The translations under genes were made by a program, and so were the position numbers. Below the pieces are notes generated by a model, which made no database searches, was not told the origin of the DNA, and saw only the letters and a program-made list of their open reading frames with translations. 64,000 bases of DNA from Candidatus Latescibacterota bacterium (GTDB lineage Bacteria; Latescibacterota; UBA2968): assembly GCA_965198115.1 (NCBI GenBank), contig OZ240241.1, forward strand, positions 6,528,001 through 6,592,000, read 5' to 3'. This document shows, piece after piece, positions 1 to 9,977 of the stretch (positions are counted from its first letter, which is position 1; the number at the start of each line of letters is the position of its first letter).

Positions 1-1269
1 GCTGAGCTTCAACGGGTCGCGGTTGAGTTTGACGATGGCGCTTTGCAGGAAATGTGTCGCTAGGAGGGGAATGTCTTCTCTGCGATCTCTGAGGGGGGCA
101 ACTTCGAGCGGGAAGACGTTGAGCCGGAAGTAGAGATCCTCACGAAACTCGCCCTGCTCGACCGCTGTTTTGAGATCGCGGTTGGTGGCAGCGATGACGC
201 GCACGTCGGCCTTGGGGGTGCGCTCATCGCCCACGCGTTCGTATTCCCCTTCCTGCAGGACTCTTAGCAACTTTCCTTGAAGCTCCAGAGGAATCTCACC
301 GACTTCGTCGAGGAAGATGGTGCCCCCATCGGCTGCCTCGAAACGCCCTGCCCGATCCCGTATCGCCCCCGTGAACGCGCCTCTGACGTGTCCGAAGAAT
401 TCACTCTCGAACAGCTCTCCAGGTACCGACGCGCAGTTTACCCGAATCAAGGGTCGGTCGACCCGCTGGCTGCGCCGGTGGATTTCGCGGGCGACGAGTT
501 CTTTGCCCGTTCCGGATTCGCCCAGTATCAGGACACTCGCTTCGGTGGGGGCAACGAGGTCGATCTGATTGGAGAGTTGTGCGATGGCAGGGCTGGTCCC
601 GACCATGTCCCCGAACGCGAGGGTTTCTGTGATGTCTTGCCGGAGGAACGTGTTTTCGAGTGATAGCTGATTCCGCAAACGATCGATCTCCTCGAACGCC
701 CGCGCGTTGGCGATGGCCGCGGCCGCGTGGTCGGCGATCATGCGAAGCCAGGTCAGCCACTCCTCTTCGAGTGGCATTCGGGTGAAAATGGCCAGAACTC
801 CCAATACCTGTTCGTTATGCACGAGCGGTTGGCCCCCGAATCCACTCACCCCCTCACGACGGACCCAATCTGGATCCCGAACCCACTCTTCGGTGGGATC
901 GATCTTAAGGACTTCCTGCGGTTCCCCCGCTTCGGCGATCCGGCCGATCTTCCGAGCCCCGATCGGGATGCGTGCGGAGCCCCCATCCAATCGATTCCAA
1001 GTGAGTCCTGGCTCTGCGGTGGACGCGCCGGCACTGGCCACGAGGTGGAGACACGTGGTCTGGTCGGGGCACTCGCCACGCATGGGACAAGTCTCGCATC
1101 GATCGCCTGGTTGCGTCAGCCAGATTCGGCAAAGCGCGACTTGAGAACCGGCTGCCAACCTGCTCACGATCGTAGTCAGGACCGACTCGCAAGACCGTTC
1201 TTTGGCCATGTCGAGGAGAAGAGCTTTGAGGGGGTCGAACTTGGGCTTGTAGCGAAGCGCTTTCGACAT
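1..1269 (-). CDS. Sigma54-dependent transcriptional activator (GAF + AAA+), 3' end runs off the window
   Basis: Manual translation from ATG at 1269: GESGTGKE Walker [23 protein letters not shown] Walker [12 protein letters not shown]; N-terminal GAF-like region with a Cys cluster. Absent from the ORF track because there is no stop in the window. Confidence 0.93.
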   Translation of the reverse strand, partial: MSKALRYKPKFDPLKALLLDMAKERSCESVLTTIVSRLAAGSQVALCRIWLTQPGDRCETCPMRGECPDQTTCLHLVASAGASTAEPGLTWNRLDGGSARIPIGARKIGRIAEAGEPQEVLKIDPTEEWVRDPDWVRREGVSGFGGQPLVHNEQVLGVLAIFTRMPLEEEWLTWLRMIADHAAAAIANARAFEEIDRLRNQLSLENTFLRQDITETLAFGDMVGTSPAIAQLSNQIDLVAPTEASVLILGESGTGKELVAREIHRRSQRVDRPLIRVNCASVPGELFESEFFGHVRGAFTGAIRDRAGRFEAADGGTIFLDEVGEIPLELQGKLLRVLQEGEYERVGDERTPKADVRVIAATNRDLKTAVEQGEFREDLYFRLNVFPLEVAPLRDRREDIPLLATHFLQSAIVKLNRDPLKLS

Positions 1270-1281
1270 ATCTGATAGTAT

Positions 1282-1324
1282 GACGAAATATCGTTGTATG
1301 TCAAGAAAAGAACGAAATGTCGTT
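1282..1324. promoter_or_regulatory. Two palindromic boxes, candidate activator binding sites (UAS)
   Basis: GACGAAATATCGTT (1282-1295) and AACGAAATGTCGTT (1311-1324), about 80-120 bp upstream of the sigma54 promoter, with an AT-rich tract (about 1351-1390) in between. Confidence 0.6.
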
Positions 1325-1401
1325 TATATGGCTGCCTTGTTGGATACCTAGAATGATGAATTACTAATTGTTAATTAATAATTTATAATCTACTGGAATG
1401 T

Positions 1402-1418
1402 TTGGCACATCGGTTGCG
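1402..1418 (+). promoter_or_regulatory. Sigma54 (-24/-12) promoter
   Basis: TTGGCACATCGGTTGCG matches TGGCAC-N5-TTGC; GG at 1404 and GC at 1416; divergent from a sigma54 activator. Confidence 0.85.
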
Positions 1419-1470
1419 AAGTGGATGGTCGAGAACGAGTCACTAAACCACTCACAGAAGGAGGCAACAG

Positions 1471-2216
1471 ATGTTCAAGCGTCATTCCATCCTCGCCACG
1501 GCCTCTCTGGCCGTCCTTGCAACATCCGTTCTGGCTCAGCTGCCCGACCCGGGCGTGACGGTCGAGCCAGGCAAAACGGCCCTGGTCATCACCGACCCGC
1601 AGAACGACTTCCTGAGTCCCGATGGCGTGACGTGGGGTGTCGTGGGCGAGAGCGTGACGGAGAACGGAACCGTCACCAACATCGAGTCTCTGCTGAAGAC
1701 GGCCAAGGCCAACGACCTTCCGGTTTTCGTCTCGCCACATTACTACTACCCAACCGATCACGGATGGCAATTCGAAGGCGCCCTGGAGAAGCTGATGCAC
1801 ACGATCGGGATGTTCGATCGGAAAGATGCACTGAGTGTGGATGGATTCGAAGGTTCGGGAGCAGACTGGCTCGCGCGTTACAAACCCTATTTGCAGGATG
1901 GAAAGACGGTTGTGACGAGCCCGCATAAGGTCTACGGGCCGGAGACGAATGACCTGGTGCTTCAGCTGAGAAAACGCGGGATCGACAAGGTGATCCTTGC
2001 GGGTATGTCGGCGAATCTCTGCACGGAATCGCACCTTCGCGAGCTGTTGGAGCAGGGATTCGAGGTGGCTGTCGTGAAGGACGCAACGGCTGCGGCGAAG
2101 GTTCCGGAAGGGGACGGCTACCAGGCTGCGCTGGTCAATTTCCGGTATCTAGCGACGCGGTGTGGACGACGAACGAAGCGGTCGGTAAGATCGAGCAGGC
2201 GCTGGCGTCGAACTGA
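1471..2216 (+). CDS. Isochorismatase-family cysteine hydrolase with signal peptide; frameshift near 2155
   Basis: ALVITDPQNDF, HKVYG, GMSANLCTES motifs; AAGGAGG RBS. The natural C-terminus (AVWTTNEAVGKIEQALASN*) is in another frame ending at 2216, followed by a terminator. The ORF track reads on to 2337. Confidence 0.85.
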
Positions 2217-2242
2217 GACGGTTCAAAGCGGTCCACAGAAAG

Positions 2243-2282
2243 AAGCGCCGATTCGGGAGGTTCCGGGTCGGTGCTTTTTCTT
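2243..2282 (+). terminator. Intrinsic terminator
   Basis: AAGCGCCGATTCGGGA-GGT-TCCGGGTCGGTGCTT hairpin followed by a T tract. Confidence 0.65.
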
Positions 2283-2290
2283 GCCGACAA

Positions 2291-2776
2291 TCACGTGTCG
2301 AGTTCGATCTGCTCGATATCGAAGCCGTCTTTGGTGACGGTGAGAAAGGCCAGCGAAACGGGAAGGCTGAAGCGGCGTGGGCCGCAACTACCCGGGTTGA
2401 GGTAAGTGACTCCGTTCTCTTCGTTCAGTGCGGGCTGGTGAGAGTGGCCGGAGATGACGAGATCGACGTCGGCCGCTGCGGGGTCGATGTCCAGTTCCTG
2501 GAGGATGTGGTAAAGATAGATCGTTCGCTTTCCGATCTCGACGTGCTCGTTCATCGGAAGCGTGGCGCCGAAGTCCCCTCGATCGACGTTGCCGCGGACG
2601 GCGACGGTCGGAGCGATGGCGTTGAGGCCGCGGAGAACGTCGACGTGCCCGACGTCACCGGCGTGGAGGATGACGGGTACGCCGCGCAGCGACTCTTCGA
2701 CCTCGGGACGCAAGAGGCCGTGGGTGTCGGAGATGACTCCGATTCTGGTGCCGATTCTGAGTCTGAACGATGCCAT
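2291..2776 (-). CDS. YfcE-like metallophosphoesterase
   Basis: ISDTHG, HAGDVG, VRGNVD, GHSH, LNPGS motifs; start taken at ATG 2776. Confidence 0.9.
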   Translation of the reverse strand: MASFRLRIGTRIGVISDTHGLLRPEVEESLRGVPVILHAGDVGHVDVLRGLNAIAPTVAVRGNVDRGDFGATLPMNEHVEIGKRTIYLYHILQELDIDPAAADVDLVISGHSHQPALNEENGVTYLNPGSCGPRRFSLPVSLAFLTVTKDGFDIEQIELDT

Positions 2777-2791
2777 GAGCCCGAAAAGATG

Positions 2792-2821
2792 ACCACGAAT
2801 CACACGAAACACACGAAAAAA
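2792..2821 (+). repeat. Nonamer tandem repeat (CACGAAAYA family)
   Basis: ACCACGAATCACACGAAACACACGAAAAAA; same family at 28915 and 50755. Confidence 0.8.
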
Positions 2822-2872
2822 GACGTGGCCTGACTATTCACGAATCTGGAGAACGCACGTTCTGGGACGTGA

Positions 2873-3637
2873 CTACATTCTGGCTCTGAGCAGAGGGCGG
2901 GCGAAGGAGACCTCCAGATGTCTGCCCTCCTTGCCGATCGTGCCGGGGGTCATGAAATGAATGGCGAAGGCGCGCCGCTGGCGATCCGTTCTGTTTGGTG
3001 GTGTGTAGTGAAGGGTCTGGCAATGGTGAAGCATGACGCCCCCAGCCGGCAGATCCACAACGACGGCCCCGTCGGCGTTCACGCGATCGCTGGAGTCGAG
3101 GAGGGCATTGGAGCTGTCTGACTGGTGGTGCTCGATGGGGTTGAGGTGCGACCCGGGAATGACGTGCATGGCTCCGTTTTCGCGATTCACGTCGTCGAGG
3201 GTGAGCCAGCAGCTGACGAGGTTGGCCGGCACGCAACGCCAGTAGGCGTTGTCCTGGTGCCAGAAGACGACGTCTCCCTGGTGCGCGGGTTTGTAGAGTG
3301 CCTGATCGTGGAAGAGCTGAATGTTCGGACCGATCAGGTCCTGGATCAGGTCCAGGATTCGATCGTCGTAGAGCAGCCGGCGGTAGAGCACGCTGCGTTC
3401 GCACATCTGGGTGATCTGTAGCATCTGCCCTTCCGCCTCGGCCTTTTCCTGGACGCTCTCGGTGTTGTCGATCGCCAGGTTACGGTAGTGACCCGTCTGT
3501 CGGGCTTCGGCAAAAAGGCGGTCGTATTCGGCACGCAGAATCCCTACGAGCTCATCATCCAACAGTTTCCCGATCGGGAGGTATCCGTCCGTGTGGAAGC
3601 TGGCAACCTGGTCGGGCGTCAGGTGTCGCCCCGCCAT
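2873..3637 (-). CDS. Phytanoyl-CoA dioxygenase (PhyH) family Fe/2OG dioxygenase
   Basis: WHQD, CWLTLDD..ENGAMHVIPGSH, TLHYT..N.T...RRA motifs; start MAGRHLT at 3637. Confidence 0.9.
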   Translation of the reverse strand: MAGRHLTPDQVASFHTDGYLPIGKLLDDELVGILRAEYDRLFAEARQTGHYRNLAIDNTESVQEKAEAEGQMLQITQMCERSVLYRRLLYDDRILDLIQDLIGPNIQLFHDQALYKPAHQGDVVFWHQDNAYWRCVPANLVSCWLTLDDVNRENGAMHVIPGSHLNPIEHHQSDSSNALLDSSDRVNADGAVVVDLPAGGVMLHHCQTLHYTPPNRTDRQRRAFAIHFMTPGTIGKEGRHLEVSFARPLLRARM

Positions 3638-3648
3638 GGGCTCCACGA

Positions 3649-4485
3649 TCAATTCCCCCTGAGGACGTTGAACATGCGGTCGGGAAAGTCGGTGATGATC
3701 CCGTCGACACCCATCCGAGCGAGTTGGAGGATCTCTTCCGGATCGTTGATCGTCCAGACGTGAACTTCGATTCCGCGACGGTGGGCTGCCCGTAGGAAGC
3801 CTGGCGTGACGATCCTGAACGGTCCGAATCGAAGCGGCACCTGAAAGGCGTGGACACGTGGTCCCAGAATACGACCCAGACCCAATCTCGAGTAGAGAGA
3901 AAACTTTAGGATTTCCCGAGCGTGTGCGGCTGTTCTGACGTTCGGACAGCGCTCGCGGAAGCGGTTGATGATTTTCGTGTGAAAAGAGGCCACGATGACT
4001 CGGTTTTCGGCGTCGTGGGACGCCAGAACCTCGCACAGATCGTCGATGATTTCTGGACGATCGTCCTTGATGTCGATGTTGACGGTCACGTCCGGCAGTG
4101 CCTCGAGGGTCTCGGAGAGTGTGGGGATGGTGACTCCCTTTCCGCGGTGCGGATAGGTTCCCTCCCGCGCCCAGCGGAAACCGGCGTCCAACGCCTTGAG
4201 TTCCTCCAGATCGAGCTCTTCGATCCGTCCGGTGCCGTCTGTGGTTCGATCGACCCTCCCGTCGTGAGAGATGACGATCGCTCCGTCTCTGGCCTGCCAG
4301 ATGTCGGTTTCGATGACATCGGCCCCGGCAGCGACAGCATGCTCGAAGGCCAGCATCGTGTTCTCCGGCCAATGGCCCAGTCCACCACGGTGGGCCATGA
4401 TCAGGACGCGATCGTGCCGAGCGTGTGTATCCGGTGCCGTTGTCACGAGGATTGCGAGGCAGAGGGCGACAGGTGGGATCTGCAT
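3649..4485 (-). CDS. Glycerophosphodiester phosphodiesterase
   Basis: AHRGG..PENT, IETD, HD..VDRTTDG, VHVWTIND, GVDGIITDFP. Confidence 0.92.
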   Translation of the reverse strand: MQIPPVALCLAILVTTAPDTHARHDRVLIMAHRGGLGHWPENTMLAFEHAVAAGADVIETDIWQARDGAIVISHDGRVDRTTDGTGRIEELDLEELKALDAGFRWAREGTYPHRGKGVTIPTLSETLEALPDVTVNIDIKDDRPEIIDDLCEVLASHDAENRVIVASFHTKIINRFRERCPNVRTAAHAREILKFSLYSRLGLGRILGPRVHAFQVPLRFGPFRIVTPGFLRAAHRRGIEVHVWTINDPEEILQLARMGVDGIITDFPDRMFNVLRGN

Positions 4486-4570
4486 GGCATTCTGGAAGCT
4501 ACGGTCGGGCCTCCTGGGCCGCAAGGGGCCGGGGGAAGGATAAATTGCGAAGTACTTTTGATGGGAGACA

Positions 4571-4600
4571 TTGACCGGTGATCACTGACCAGTGACCAAA
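4571..4600 (+). repeat. Heptamer tandem repeat (TGACCAG/TGACCAT family)
   Basis: TTGACCGGTGATCACTGACCAGTGACCAAA; same family at 8531, 52689 and 53238. Confidence 0.75.
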
Positions 4601-4689
4601 GTCGGCAGTGTGGCCGTAGTGACCGCTCACCTCATTGGTAGATTGACTCGGGTCACGGCCAACGACCGTTGAGCCTCACCTGTTTCCTT

Positions 4690-7105
4690 CTATTCGTGCC
4701 TCAATGCATTGACCGGATCCGTCCGAGCGGCGGCAACTGCCTGATAGGTGATGGTGAGGAAGGCGATGAGAAGCCCGAGCAAGGCGGAAGCCACGAAGAC
4801 GTCGGGGGAGATGGGGGTTCGGTAGGCGAAGTTTTCGAGATGCCGTTGGACGAGCCAGTAGGATGCGGGCCAGGCGATCAGGCATCCGTAGCCGACGAGT
4901 TTGAGAAAGTCGAGGGAGACGAGGAACCAGACACCACGGGTCGTCGCGCCGAGGACTTTGCGTACACCGATTTCGCGAACCCGCTGATTGACGGTGTAAG
5001 AAGCCAGTCCGAAGAGGCCGAGGCTTCCGAGGATGACGGCGAGAATCGCGAATGACGTGACGATTTGCCCGAACCGACGATCACTCTCGTAGGCCTCTGC
5101 GAGTCGGTCGTCGAGAAACCACACTTCGGGCGGTTGATCCGCACGCATGAGTGACTTCCACTTGTCCTCGATGAAGGCGACGGTCTCGGGGACGTTCCTT
5201 CCGTTGATTCTCAGTCCCAGATAGTCGTAGAACCACGGTCTGTAGCCCATCACAGCCGGGCCGATCGGTGCGTGGAGCGACGCATAGTTGAAGTCCGCGA
5301 TTACTCCGACGACCTCCCCCTTTGCGTCTTCTTCAGATCGCGCCCTACCGAATCGTCGTCCTACGGCGTTATCCACCGTCCAGCCCAACGCTTTCACCGC
5401 ACTTTCGTTAATGATCCAACCGTGCGTGCGATCGCGCTCGTTCTCGGGAGAGAAGGTGCGGCCCGCCAGAAGTTCGATGCCGAACGCCTCGAAGAAAGAC
5501 TCGTCGCATTCCTGAACGGGCATCCGCCACTCCGTGCCCTCGTGGCCTTCGGGTTTGACGAGGCGCGAGAAGAATCGGTCGCGCCCGGGCATGAACCGGA
5601 AGGCGGTGGTCGCCACGATGTCGGAATGCCGTTGAAATTCGTCTTTGATGACGTTGTATCGCATGACGAGCCAAGGCTCCTCGGTGGTCTTGCTGTCGCG
5701 GTCTCGTCTAAAAATGGGGAGAACGATGACGTGTTCTTTATCGAACCCCAGTTTCGCCCGGCTGAGATAATCGAGTTGCCGGTTGGTCATTCCCACTGTG
5801 ATGAGGAGGGCAATGGTTATGCCGAATTGGAAGACGACCAATCCTCTGCGGAGACGCGCAGTCGATGGACTGGCGGGACTTTGTGCGTTGAGAACGGTGA
5901 TCGGCTGGTAACTCGATAAGGCGAACGCCGGATACAGCCCGGCAAGCAAGCCGGACAGGATGGTGATCGCCGTCAGCCCTGGTAGGATCTCGGCGAACGT
6001 CTCGGCATTGAGCGAGAAATGAGTGTAGGCCAGGAGGTTGAAGTGCGGCAACGCGAGTTGTACGAGAACCATGGCGAGTAGAGCGGAGAGCGCGGCCGTG
6101 AATACTGATTCGGCGAGGAACTGACGAATCAGGTGTAGTCGTTCGGCTCCGACGGTCTTGCGCAGGCCGACCTCTCGTGCGCGAGTGACGGCTCTGGCGG
6201 TCGCGAGGTTCGTGTAGTTGATACCGGCGATGAGGAGGATAAAGATTGCCACGGCGGCGAAGAGATAGACGGTACGAATGTCGCCCGCGCTAGGCAGATC
6301 GAAGTCGAGATTGGAGTAGAGGTGCCAGTCGAGGAGCGGTTGAAAGCGCAGTGTAAGCACTTTGCGAACCTCGGGACCCATCTGACGCTCGATGAAGTCA
6401 GGCAGCTTCCGCTCGAGCGCGTTTGGGTCAGCGCCTTCACGAAGCAACACAAAGGTCTGAATGCCGGCCTGCTGTACACGCGGTTGCCAGCCTACCCAGT
6501 CATCCCTGCCCTGGAAGAAGCTTGGCTGCGTCTTGTTGCAACAGCTCGAACTGAATGGACGATGTTTCGGGCGGGTCTTCGAGCAGTGCGGCTACGAAGT
6601 AGTCCCCCCCATAGTAACGTTCCTCGATGTTGACCGTTTTCCCAATTGGGTCCTGGTCGGGGAACAGAAGGTCTGCGAGGCTGCGTGTGATGGCCGCGTT
6701 GTAGGGTGTATCGAGTGTGGCCTCATCACCGCGGATGAAGGAAAAGTCGAAGATGTCGAAAAAGTGGTCGTCTACGTGGCCCTGGGTATGACCGGGAAAG
6801 GGCTGTTCGTCGACTCGCAGCATGACGTGATACAGGCGGGACTTGGTGGCAGCTTCGACTTCAGGAAAGTCAGACTCCATCGATCGAGCGAGGGCGCCCG
6901 ATGTGGGTCATTGGACCCTCCGCCCTTCGCCGCTGGCTCGCTCTCGGAGGACCCTGAGAATGCGATCGGCTTTGTCGTGCATCCGGTCATAGGCGAACTC
7001 GTGTTGAATGACGAGCAGGGCGAGAATCCCGCAGGCAATGCCGACGGCGAGTCCGACCAGGTTGATGAGGGTATAGAGCTTGTGTTTGGTGAGCTGGCGT
7101 AACAT
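4690..7105 (-). pseudogene. MacB/FtsX-type ABC permease, disrupted
   Basis: Three ORF pieces (6908-7105, 6500-6880, 4690-6450) form one permease with YDRMHDKADRI, RAREVGLRKTVGA and REIGVRKVLGA; in-frame TGA at 6908-6910 and a frameshift near 6540. Confidence 0.85.
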
Positions 7106-7231
7106 TTCGGGTAAACCTGGAACGAGAACCGGTGCTACTCCTTTTTCCGGAGGTCTATGGCGAGGAGCTCCTTGCCGTTTTTGCGAGGCTGCACCACCTT
7201 GACTTGTTCAAATCCTGCCGCATCGAATTCC

Positions 7232-8552
7232 TTAACTACGCTTCATCTTCGTGAGAGATTGGTCGGATGCTCCTTGTCGAGGTGGTTTTCGCAAGTAGAT
7301 GTGGCCGCCTGCGAACGCGGGGTGCGACCAGGTGACGCCGCCGCGTCGGTTGAGCTGGTCGCGCGTCGGTTCGATGACGTTGGCGCGGGACAGGACTTCG
7401 AATCCGTGCGGGTCCAGGGTGGTCAGGAGGAGTTCGCCTTCTTCGTTCAGAATCCAGACGCGGTCCCCCTGCGGTGTCAGGTGAGCGGTGCTCCACCTCG
7501 CCTTCCGGACGGCCGTGCTGTCGGCCCAGACGCGATCGCCCGTGTCGGCGCGGAGACATCGGAGCATTCCGTAGCTGTCGATCCCGTAGATGTGATCGCC
7601 GAGCCAGAGGGGAGTCGATATGGTGGAGTGAATGCCGTCGGTATTGTGCTCGTTCTGGCCGATGCGATGCCAGACCTTCGAGACGGCGAGACGATCGGTG
7701 GCGAGTTCCAGGAACAGAGCTCCGTCGAAGAAACTGGTGACGAGCACTCGGTTGTGTTTGACGACGGGGGTCGCGACACCGATGACCATCTCTTTTGGGG
7801 GGAAGGGATGTCGCCAGTACACGGTGCCCGTGACGGGATCGAGCCCGGCCACGCTGTCACCGGTCCAGACGATGAGGACAGGATGACCCGCCTGTTGGGT
7901 GACGACGGGAGCAGCGTAGGACGCCTTGTCGGAGAGCGCCCGCCACCTTTCCTCCCCGGACATCCGGTCGAGAGCGATGACGCAGGCGTCGGGTGTTCCC
8001 CCGATTTGTAGAATAACGAGGTCGTTGTGAATGAGCGGGGCGGCGGCGATGCCCCAGATCGGCAGATCGATCGCGTAGGCTTCGAAGAGGTCGTGCGACC
8101 AGAGGACGTTGCTCTGATCGGCTGTCGAGGCAATGGACGTGTCCCATTGCACCGAGGGTATACGCCAGACCCTCGTGAACCGTGACAGAGGCGCGAGGGC
8201 CGGCTCCGTAGCCGACGTTGCGGTAGGTCGCGTCGTAAGTATGTAACCAGAGTGGGGAGCCGGTTTTCTGGTCGAAACAAAGAATGCGCTCGATCTGGCG
8301 GGGGGCAGTGAGGCGGTCCATCACGTAAACCCGTCCGTTTGCGACGGTGGGACCTGTGTAGCCGGTCGCGATCGGGACACGCCAGACCGGCGCCAGTTCG
8401 TTCACGCCGAACCGATCGATGATCCCTGTTTCGGACCATACGCCGTCGCGATCGGGCCCGCGCCATTGAGGCCAGTCGGCGCCCTGTGCTTCGAGTGTTA
8501 GAAGGATGAGGAGCGGGAGGACCGTCTTCAGTGACCGTTGACGATTGACCAT
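7232..8552 (-). pseudogene. PQQ-like beta-propeller protein, frameshifted near 8113
   Basis: DWPQWRGPDRDG, GPRASVTV in ORF 7857-8552 continues as NVLWSHDL..WGIAAAP..WSHPAFAGG in ORF 7232-8152; C-terminus also atypical. Confidence 0.8.
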
Positions 8553-8567
8553 TGACCAGTGACCAAA
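8531..8567 (+). repeat. Heptamer tandem repeat (TGACCAT family) overlapping the start of the PQQ-like gene
   Basis: GTGACCGTTGACGATTGACCATTGACCAGTGACCAAA. Confidence 0.8.
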
Positions 8568-8575
8568 CTGTTTGG

Positions 8576-9229
8576 CTATTCTGCACGGAGTTCGCGCAGG
8601 ATGGTGATGATTTCGGATGGGTCGAGACGACGGGTGTAATCGGGATCGACGAAGGCGAGCCGGATCGTACCGGCCGTGTCGATGAGATACGTCGCGGGGA
8701 CGGGAAGGTCGAAGCTGTCGTCTCCGTTGACGAGCGGGAAATCGATGCCTAATTCCTTGTAGATGGACTGGATCTCGTCTTGGAGGTGGAATACGATGCC
8801 GAATTGTCGTGCGACGTCGTTCCCTTCGTCACTTAACAGATCGAAGGGAATGTTCTGCTCTTCCGCCATTTTGCACGTGCCTTCGAGTGACTGGGGCGAC
8901 AGGGCCAGAACCGTGGCGCCGAGGTCTTCGACGGTCGAAACCGTCTCCCGCAGGGCCTTCATTTCGAGCGTGCAGAACGGGCACCAGGACCCACGATAGA
9001 AACTGAGGACCACGGGTCCTTGGGCGATACGATCGGACAACCGGACGTGCTGGCCTCGGCAGCTGGGAAGGTTGAAGTCGGGTGCACGATCCCCAACCTC
9101 CAGGGCCCGATCGGAAACGCCGGATCGAGAGAGATTGGTGATGGACCGCTCGAAAGCGTCCACGACGCGCGACGGCTGATCGGACCGGGCTTTTTCTGTT
9201 AGGTTGCGAAGGTCTTCGGTTAGATTCAC
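8576..9229 (-). CDS. Peroxiredoxin-like AhpC/TSA protein
   Basis: APDFNLP, FYRGSWCPFC, LPVPATYLID, DYTRRLDP. Confidence 0.9.
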   Translation of the reverse strand: MNLTEDLRNLTEKARSDQPSRVVDAFERSITNLSRSGVSDRALEVGDRAPDFNLPSCRGQHVRLSDRIAQGPVVLSFYRGSWCPFCTLEMKALRETVSTVEDLGATVLALSPQSLEGTCKMAEEQNIPFDLLSDEGNDVARQFGIVFHLQDEIQSIYKELGIDFPLVNGDDSFDLPVPATYLIDTAGTIRLAFVDPDYTRRLDPSEIITILRELRAE

Positions 9230-9259
9230 AGGTCGCTGAGATGTGAAGCGGTTGGTTAG

Positions 9260-9275
9260 TTGACCGATCGGTCTA
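9260..9275. promoter_or_regulatory. TetR (NemR-like) operator upstream of the peroxiredoxin
   Basis: TTGACCGATCGGTCTA near-perfect palindrome, similar to the NemR-type TAGACC-N4-GGTCTA box. Confidence 0.75.
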
Positions 9276-9277
9276 TT

Positions 9278-9889
9278 TTACGCCCCTGAATCCGAGCTGG
9301 ATTGGAGCATCCGGATGTATGTGTCACCAAGGTCTCTGATGAGTTCGGGTTCCTGACGCGCTTTGGCCATCAGCAGGGTACCCTCGTAGAAAGCCCAGGT
9401 AGCGACCGCAGTTTCGCGCGGGTCGATGTTGGCAAGTTCGCCGTTACGGACAGCCTCGTGGAGGGTCGTCTGCAGATGATCGACAGCGTCGTCGAAGATT
9501 TCGCTGATTTTTCCGACGATGCGCTGGTTTCGGGCACCGAGTTCGAGCCCCGTGTTGCCGAAAGGACACCCCCAGACGCTGCCCTGCGCATCGGACGTCT
9601 GTTTGAAATAATAGTAGGCCATATGAAAAAACCGGCGTAGTCGATCGAGAGGGAGGAGGTCCCCACCGAGTGCGAGTCGCCAGTATTGCGAACGTGCATT
9701 CCGCCAGTGATGGTCGAGCACGTCGATGATCAGGTCGTCCTTGGAGGCGAAATAGTGGTAGAAACTGCCTTTTCGGACATCGGCTGCCTGGCAGATCTCC
9801 TGTACACCGACGTGTTCGAAGCCGCGCTCGTGGATCAGCTCCGATGCTGCGTGAACAATTCGGTCCTTGGCGTCGCTCGTTCTGCCCAT
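9278..9889 (-). CDS. TetR family regulator (NemR-like)
   Basis: HTH GVQEICQAADVRKGSFYHYFASK; C-terminal GCPFGN; start MGRTSDAK. Confidence 0.92.
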   Translation of the reverse strand: MGRTSDAKDRIVHAASELIHERGFEHVGVQEICQAADVRKGSFYHYFASKDDLIIDVLDHHWRNARSQYWRLALGGDLLPLDRLRRFFHMAYYYFKQTSDAQGSVWGCPFGNTGLELGARNQRIVGKISEIFDDAVDHLQTTLHEAVRNGELANIDPRETAVATWAFYEGTLLMAKARQEPELIRDLGDTYIRMLQSSSDSGA

Positions 9890-9910
9890 TGGGGTCCGAC
9901 CCAGCGATAA

Positions 9911-9926
9911 TTGACTGATCGGTCTA
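9911..9926. promoter_or_regulatory. TetR autoregulatory operator
   Basis: TTGACTGATCGGTCTA, 15/16 identical to the box at 9260, just upstream of the tetR start. Confidence 0.75.
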
Positions 9927-9977
9927 AGTGTAGGGTTCCCGGGATGGTTACGCAAGAGAGAAACCCACGAATATCGC

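Noticed and set aside
3638-4372. N-terminal extension of the PhyH ORF (499 aa in the ORF track)
   Set aside because: It overlaps the phosphodiesterase gene in another frame; PhyH similarity starts at ATG 3637.
6908-6910. Selenocysteine or alternative-code readthrough of the in-frame TGA
   Set aside because: TGA is the normal stop for many intact genes here, the same gene also has a frameshift, and a TGG-to-TGA nonsense change is simpler.
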